Below are positions 56,947-64,000 of a stretch of 64,000 bases of DNA, piece after piece. This stretch comes from Acidobacteriota bacterium (GTDB lineage Bacteria; Acidobacteriota; UBA890; WLXD01), in assembly GCA_965205505.1 (NCBI GenBank), contig CBDBHB010000008.1, positions 960,001-1,024,000 of the forward strand. The letters are read 5' to 3'. Under the pieces are notes generated by a model. It had not been told where the DNA came from, made no database searches, and was given only the letters and a program-made list of their open reading frames with translations. The position numbers were made by a program, and so were the translations under genes. The number at the start of each line of letters is the position of its first letter. Within the stretch, counting starts at the first letter, position 1.

Positions 56947-57089
56947 CGTCGTTTCTGTAACAGGAGCCAGGCGGCCAGGTCCGGGAAACGATAGGCGGAG
57001 TCCGACAGGAAGCCGGTCTGCAGTTGCGGCTGCGACACTGGGCCGACAGCGGCGAGCAGCAACACGCCTATCAAGACAGTCTGTGGCAT
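56943..57089 (-). pseudogene. 48-aa hollowed gene: signal peptide and first residues fused in frame to the C-terminal tail of an esterase/peptidase
   Basis: MPQTVLIGVLLLAAVGPVSQPQLQTGFL|SDSAYRFPDLAAWLLLQKRR; its TGA overlaps the ATG at 56946. Confidence 0.6.
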
Positions 57090-57122
57090 GGGGTTCTTCC
57101 GTTGGTAGACCGCGGGGCGCTA

Positions 57123-57680
57123 CTACTTCGAGACCCCCTCGACGATTCTCTTCAGCGCCACCAATTCGCGGTCGAAGCGGGGCTTGTTGGCCTCGTACCC
57201 CTCACGCGTCATCACGGCGAGTTGTTCCGGCGTCAGCCGAGATCCCTCTTCCGCCGCTAGCACCGTCTCCGTGTAGACGTCGTAGGTCACCAGAGTGTGA
57301 TCATCGTGTCCGGCCAAAGTCCAGGTGGCGTACCCGATCAAGGCCCCATGGCCGGGCAGGGTGAGCTTGATGGTGCGTCGCTCGTTGGGGACGAGCTCGA
57401 CGTTCTTGACCAAATACTCGATGGTGTCCGGAGCCGTGGAGTCGAACGCAGCGAAGACCTCTCCGACGGCGCCCGGCTCTCCGGCGTGGTGGCGCAGGGG
57501 GAGCGCTTCTTTCCAGGCACTCGGATCGACGATGTGGGGCCAGACTTCGGATGCTGGACGATCGATGACGACCGAGCTGTGGGTGACCAGCTCGATGGCG
57601 ACGCGGGTGTCGCTCCCCTGCGTGGTGAAGACGGATATCGCTGCGACAGCGGTGGCTAGCGCCAGCACGCCGGTGCACAT
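57123..57680 (-). CDS. SRPBCC (START-like) family protein
   Basis: HSSVVIDRPASEVWPHIVDP..W, FDRELVALKRIVE; GAGGAG RBS. Confidence 0.8.
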   Translation of the reverse strand: MCTGVLALATAVAAISVFTTQGSDTRVAIELVTHSSVVIDRPASEVWPHIVDPSAWKEALPLRHHAGEPGAVGEVFAAFDSTAPDTIEYLVKNVELVPNERRTIKLTLPGHGALIGYATWTLAGHDDHTLVTYDVYTETVLAAEEGSRLTPEQLAVMTREGYEANKPRFDRELVALKRIVEGVSK

Positions 57681-57810
57681 GATTGGCGCAACTCCTCGTT
57701 GGCAGCTTGACTGTGGGGATGCCCCTCTGATCGCGGCGAGCATCCGAATGATGCTGAGCCGGAGACGGGCTACTGTCAACCTGAGTCAATGGATGGCCGC
57801 TCAGGCTCCC

Positions 57811-57909
57811 GCAAGCATCGAGGAGAGCGCCTCACGAGCGGCAGCCGACCTGCCGCCAACGACTTCCCGAAGGGAAGTCCTTGTCCTGTTCGATCGCCTC
57901 AACACCGGC
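57811..57909 (+). repeat. Diverged direct copy of the RBS and 5' end of the dienelactone hydrolase gene (59996-60093)
   Basis: Shared exact blocks CATCGAGGAG, CCGCCAACGACTTCCCGAA and CCTGTTCGATCGC; ATG changed to ACG; 1-nt insertion. Confidence 0.85.
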
Positions 57910-57954
57910 TGGCTGGCCTTCAGCGAGGCGCACGAGGCGCATGGCAGGAGTGCT

Positions 57955-59585
<1,631 letters not shown>

Positions 59586-59589
<4 letters not shown>

Positions 59590-59645
59590 CTGCATACGCG
59601 CAACCGAGGGCGACCCGGCAGCGAGGCGCCGAACTTCACGTTCAT
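59586..59645 (-). pseudogene. 19-aa mini-ORF with strong RBS, possibly the 5' stub of an LLM-class oxidoreductase
   Basis: GGAGGAG RBS + MNVKFGASLPGRPRLRVCR; its TGA overlaps the kinase ATG. Confidence 0.45.
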
Positions 59646-59770
59646 CTTTGCTCCTCCGAGGCGACGGGCGCTCCGCCACACTGTCCGTCCATGAGCTCTC
59701 CTGACGGCCGGATTGTAGGCAGGCGCGTCGCATACAGCCATCCTCACCGCTTCGATCCTCGCCCACCGGG

Positions 59771-59795
59771 CACCAGAGTTCTTCAGCACCTGCTG
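59771..59795 (-). repeat. Degenerate type-B element end
   Basis: CACCAGAGTTCTTCAGCACC-TGCTG versus CACCAGAGTTTTTCAGCACCCTGCTA. Confidence 0.75.
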
Positions 59796-60018
59796 CAGAC
59801 GGCCGGATGGAGCTTGCAAGAGCCGCGCTGCGGAAATTGGCAGGACGGCTGCCGCAGCACTCCGCCCTGTGGCAGGCTCACTGCGCCGGCCGGGGCCAGC
59901 CGCCTACCACCGAACGCCTCTCGTTTCGCTGGCACGATAGCCAGCTCGACTCGCCGTCCGTCCAAACAGACGCCAGCATGAATCACGCGCCCCACGCAAA
60001 CATCGAGGAGGCTCCCTG

Positions 60019-60909
60019 ATGAGCGCCCAACGACCGACCGCCAACGACTTCCCGAAAGAGATCCTTTCCCTGTTCGATCGCTACGTCCACGGCATGATCG
60101 ACCGGCGTGCCTTCCTCGAGGGGGCCGGCAAGTTCGCCGCCGGAAGCATGACGGCGATGGCCATGCTCGACAGTCTGAGCCCCCGCTACGCCCAGGCACA
60201 GCAGGTGGCGCCGACCGACGAGCGCATGCGCGCCGAGTACATCGAGTACTCGTCGCCTAACGGCGCCGGCACCATGCGTGGCTACATGGCACGACCGGCC
60301 GGGGAAGGTAGGAAGCCGGCAGTTCTGGTCGTTCACGAGAACCGCGGGCTAAACCCCTATGTCGAAGACGTCGTGCGCCGCTTCGCAGTGGCCGACTTCC
60401 TGGCGTTCGGCCCCGACGCCCTGTTCCCTCTCGGCGGCTACCCGGGCAACGACGACGACGGCCGTGCCCTACAGCGTCAGCGTGATCGCGACGAGATGAT
60501 GGAAGATTTCGTGGCTGCAGCAGAGCTCCTCATGGCCGACGAGGGCTCTACCGGCCGCGTCGGCGCCGTCGGCTTCTGCTTCGGCGGAGGAGTCGTCAAC
60601 TACCTGGCGACGCGCCTCCCGAACCTGGGGGCGGGGGTGCCGTTCTACGGCTCGCAGCCCGCTGCAGAGGATGTTCCCAAGATCGAGGCGCCGCTCATGA
60701 TCCAGTACGCCGGCCTGGACGAACGCGTCAACGCCGGCTGGCCGGCCTTCGAGGAAGCCTTGGACACTCATGGCAAGACGTACACGATGCACATGTACGA
60801 CGACGTCAACCACGGTTTCCATAACGACACCACGCCGCGGTTCGATCCGTCGGCGGCGAAGCTGGCTGAAGAACGCACGATCGCCTTCTTCAACGAACAC
60901 CTCAGGTAG
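60019..60909 (+). CDS. Dienelactone hydrolase family (YghX-like), Tat motif
   Basis: [38 protein letters not shown]. Confidence 0.95.
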   Translation: MSAQRPTANDFPKEILSLFDRYVHGMIDRRAFLEGAGKFAAGSMTAMAMLDSLSPRYAQAQQVAPTDERMRAEYIEYSSPNGAGTMRGYMARPAGEGRKPAVLVVHENRGLNPYVEDVVRRFAVADFLAFGPDALFPLGGYPGNDDDGRALQRQRDRDEMMEDFVAAAELLMADEGSTGRVGAVGFCFGGGVVNYLATRLPNLGAGVPFYGSQPAAEDVPKIEAPLMIQYAGLDERVNAGWPAFEEALDTHGKTYTMHMYDDVNHGFHNDTTPRFDPSAAKLAEERTIAFFNEHLR

Positions 60910-60918
60910 GACAAGACC

Positions 60919-61920
60919 GTGAACGCCGGCACCCGACCAGGTCGCTACGCTGAGCACGCCCGGCGCACCATCGGCCCGGTTGCCGTGGCGCTGCTCTTGG
61001 CCGTCGGCTGCGGCCCTGCCGAGCCTCCATCGACCTCCGATACCGGAACCTCGAATCTGCACGCCAACTTCGAGCCTCAGGATCGAGATTACAGAATCGT
61101 CTTCAGCTCCGAGCGTGACGGCAATTCTGAGATCTACCTCATGAACCAGGATGGCTCCGGGCTCACGAGGCTCACCGACAACCCTGCTAGCGACGCCCTT
61201 CCCTACTGCTCCCCCGATGGCTCCCGGATCGTCTTCTCATCAGACAGAGAAGAAAGGAAGCAGCTGTATCTGATGGACGTCGACGGCAGCGACGTAACGC
61301 GCCTCACTCACAACGACTACGACAACAACTCGCCCTCCTGGTCACCAAACGGCAGCAAGATTGCGTTCAGCTCGGGCGGCAACGCAACACCGTCGAACCT
61401 CTTCACGATCCAGCCCGACGGATCGAACGAGCTCCAGGTGACGAACATTGCCGGCTACAACTTTCTTTCCCCGACGTGGTCGCCAGACGGCACCAAGCTG
61501 GCGGCCGAGGGAGGGCAGCTGGGGGAAACCATCACGACCGAGTGGGGCGAGGCCGGAAGATTGCAAATCTGGACGTTCAACGCCGATGGTTCCGATCCCA
61601 CTCAGCTAACGCAGTTGGACGCCTACAATGGTTATCCGGCGTGGTCTCCAACCGGATCGAGCATCGTCTTCGACTCCACCTTGGAGGGCTGGGCCGACAT
61701 CCTGTCGGTGAGCTTGGCCGACCAGAGCGTTACCAACCTGAGCAGGGACCCGCGTTCGAACGAATTCGCCGCCTGGTCACCGGACGGTGCCAAGATCGCA
61801 TTCGTTGCCGACCGGGACGGCAACAACGAGATCTACGTGATGGATGCAGATGGTGGTAACCAGATCCGATTGACGAGCCACGAAGCGGCAGAATCGGGGC
61901 CCGCCTGGTGCTCGCCCTGA
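60919..61920 (+). CDS. TolB-like PD40 repeat lipoprotein
   Basis: Lipobox AVGC; six (W/C)SP(D/N/T)G repeats; [10 protein letters not shown]. Confidence 0.9.
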   Translation: MNAGTRPGRYAEHARRTIGPVAVALLLAVGCGPAEPPSTSDTGTSNLHANFEPQDRDYRIVFSSERDGNSEIYLMNQDGSGLTRLTDNPASDALPYCSPDGSRIVFSSDREERKQLYLMDVDGSDVTRLTHNDYDNNSPSWSPNGSKIAFSSGGNATPSNLFTIQPDGSNELQVTNIAGYNFLSPTWSPDGTKLAAEGGQLGETITTEWGEAGRLQIWTFNADGSDPTQLTQLDAYNGYPAWSPTGSSIVFDSTLEGWADILSVSLADQSVTNLSRDPRSNEFAAWSPDGAKIAFVADRDGNNEIYVMDADGGNQIRLTSHEAAESGPAWCSP

Positions 61921-62149
61921 AGCGCCGCGGAATGGGCTGCACGTAGTACGTTACCCGCCGGGTCGGGCGACTCGCCGCCGCTGGGTGGCGAGGCCGGCCA
62001 GAATCGCCGGACGCGGCGAGACAGAGCGCTTCCGTGGTCGATGTCACCAACAGTTGGATTCCTCCCGCCATGCCTCTATCCTGTTGTCGGCGCAAGGGTA
62101 TGCTATCTTGGGCAACATTCGACGTGCCTCGGGGCGGAGGACACCGATC

Positions 62150-64000
62150 ATGAGAAGCGCGAAGCTGTTGATGCTCTTAATGGTGCCGCTGTTGTTCTTC
62201 CACACGCAGGCTGCGAGCCAGGCAACGAACCCGACTACGGCGCTACCGCAGACACTCGCGCCGCCATCGCAGAGCGCCACGAGTCCCGTCGCATCGACGG
62301 CGCCTTTGCCAGCCGAGATCATCGACGCCTATTGCGTGTTTTGCCACAACCAGGAGCTGCTCACGGGTGGGCTGACGCTCGACGGGATCGACCTCGAGGG
62401 TGTGGGTCAGGACCCCGAGGTGTGGGAGAAGGTGTGGCACATGGTTCGTACGGGGCAGATGCCCCCGCCGGAGATGCCGCGGCCCGACAAAGAGACCTTG
62501 AGCGCCATGCTGGCGTGGCTGGAAGCGGAGCTGGATGACGCGGCCGCGGCGAATCCCAACCCGGGTAGGGTTGGTATTCATCGAATGAACCGGACGGAGT
62601 ACACCAACGCTGTCCGCGACCTGCTGGCGGTGGAGATCGACGCAACAGCGCTCCTCTTGTCCGACGAGGCCGACGAGGGCTTCGACAATATTGCGGAGAG
62701 CCTGACGATCTCGCCGGCGCATCTGGAGCGCTACCTGTCTGCGGCCCGAACGATCAGCCGCCTCGCGGTGGGCGACCCGACGATGGGGGCTGTCGCGAGC
62801 TCCAAGCTCCATCAGCTGCCCGTGTTCCTGAATCAGGACGTTCGCATCAGCGAGGACCAGCCCTTCGGATCCCGCGGCGGTTTGGCCGTTCGCCACAACT
62901 TCGAGCTCGATGGCGAGTACGTCGTCAAGGTGCTACTGAGACGTCAGATCTACTCCTACATCGTCGGCCTGCGTGATGCCCAGCAAATTGACGTACGCAT
63001 CGACGGGAAGCGCGTTGCGCGCTTCACGGTGGGCGGCGAGGGACGAGAAAAGGGCATCGCCGCCCCATTAACCTGGGCCGGGGAAATCCGTGGGGACATC
63101 GAGTGGGAAAACTACATGCACTCCGCCGACGCTGCCCTGGAGGCCCGCGTGCCCGTGCGGGCCGGTGCGCGAACGGTGTCGGTCTCGTTCGTTCAGCAGC
63201 CGCGCGAGCTCGAGGAAGCGTTGCAGCCGCGGAGCCTCGGCTTCGGGTTCATGTCGGATCAGCTGTACGACGGCTTGGCCGCCGTCGAGAGCGTCGGCAT
63301 TGCCGGTCCGTACCTCGCCGAGGGACCGGGGGATACGCCCAGCCGCCGCCTGGTGTTCGTGTGCCGCCCGCCGACCCCGGCCGACGAAGCGCCCTGTGCC
63401 CGGAAGATCTTGTCGACGCTCGCTCGACGCGCCTATCGCCGACCGGTCACGGACGCGGAGCTGCAGACGCTCGTCGACTTCTACGACACCGGCCGCAGCA
63501 CCGGGGGGTTCGATGCGGGAATCCAAGCGGCAATCGAGCGACTGCTGGTCAGCGTCAACTTCCTACTGCGGGTCGACACCCCCCCACCCGGCGCTGCTCC
63601 CGGCGGGGCGTATCGGCTCAGTGACCTAGACCTGGCCTCGCGGCTGTCTTTCTTCTTGTGGAGCAGCATCCCGGACGAGGAGCTTCTCGATCTGGCGACT
63701 CGCGGCGAGCTCAGTCAGCCAGCAGTTCTCGAAAGCCAAGTACGCCGCATGTTGGCCGACACTCGGTCGAGGATGCTCGTGGAGGACTTCGCAAGTCAGT
63801 GGCTCGGCTTCGGGAAGGCTCTTGTATGGCGGCCCGATCCGGACCTGTTCTTCGAGTTCGACGAAAACCTGCGGCACGCTTTCCTGAAGGAGACCGAGCT
63901 CTTCGTCGACAGCCAGCTGCGCGAAGATCACAGTGTGTTGGACCTGTTGTCCGCCGACTACACATTCGTCAACGAGCGACTGGCCCAGCACTACGGCATT
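62150..64000 (+). CDS. DUF1587/DUF1592-type planctomycete cytochrome c domain protein, 3' truncated by the window
   Basis: Absent from the ORF track (no stop in window). GGAGG RBS, signal peptide, YCVFCHN, MPP, RMNRTEY.NAVRDLL, GFDNIA, LASRLSFFLWSSIPDEELL, FVNERLAQHYG. Confidence 0.92.
   Translation, partial: MRSAKLLMLLMVPLLFFHTQAASQATNPTTALPQTLAPPSQSATSPVASTAPLPAEIIDAYCVFCHNQELLTGGLTLDGIDLEGVGQDPEVWEKVWHMVRTGQMPPPEMPRPDKETLSAMLAWLEAELDDAAAANPNPGRVGIHRMNRTEYTNAVRDLLAVEIDATALLLSDEADEGFDNIAESLTISPAHLERYLSAARTISRLAVGDPTMGAVASSKLHQLPVFLNQDVRISEDQPFGSRGGLAVRHNFELDGEYVVKVLLRRQIYSYIVGLRDAQQIDVRIDGKRVARFTVGGEGREKGIAAPLTWAGEIRGDIEWENYMHSADAALEARVPVRAGARTVSVSFVQQPRELEEALQPRSLGFGFMSDQLYDGLAAVESVGIAGPYLAEGPGDTPSRRLVFVCRPPTPADEAPCARKILSTLARRAYRRPVTDAELQTLVDFYDTGRSTGGFDAGIQAAIERLLVSVNFLLRVDTPPPGAAPGGAYRLSDLDLASRLSFFLWSSIPDEELLDLATRGELSQPAVLESQVRRMLADTRSRMLVEDFASQWLGFGKALVWRPDPDLFFEFDENLRHAFLKETELFVDSQLREDHSVLDLLSADYTFVNERLAQHYGI

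Noticed and set aside
61179-61190. CAACCCTGCTAG resembling an element end
   Set aside because: It lies inside an ordinary PD40 repeat (LTDNPASD) matching the paralog at 21290; likely chance.

Overview
GC-rich bacterial DNA whose gene content suggests a marine or sediment Acidobacteriota-like heterotroph (inference). It carries many exported hydrolases, PQQ/cytochrome c pairs, DUF1553/DUF1501 and DUF1592 proteins, PD40 proteins and M24/M19 peptidases. It is an accessory patchwork of about 45 metabolic genes, including a lower-GC N,N-dimethylformamidase island, phnX and a DMSP-lyase-type cupin. Several genes are pseudogenes, and gene debris fills many intergenic spaces. I saw no rRNA, tRNA, CRISPR array, integrase or intact transposase. 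The main unannotated signal is a family of CTAG-targeting miniature inverted-repeat elements with about 30-bp TIRs of two types: CAGGCCGTGGTGAAAGTGTGGTGGGTCTGG and CAGGGTGCTGAAAAACTCTGGTGGGTCTG. It has two complete copies with a covarying hairpin core, and one TIR pair brackets a ridA-like cargo gene. Three partial copies are read in frame as signal-peptide regions of exported proteins, and about six orphan ends sit at gene junctions. A second recurring pattern is hollowed-out mini-ORFs that stay coupled to the next gene by an ATGA overlap.
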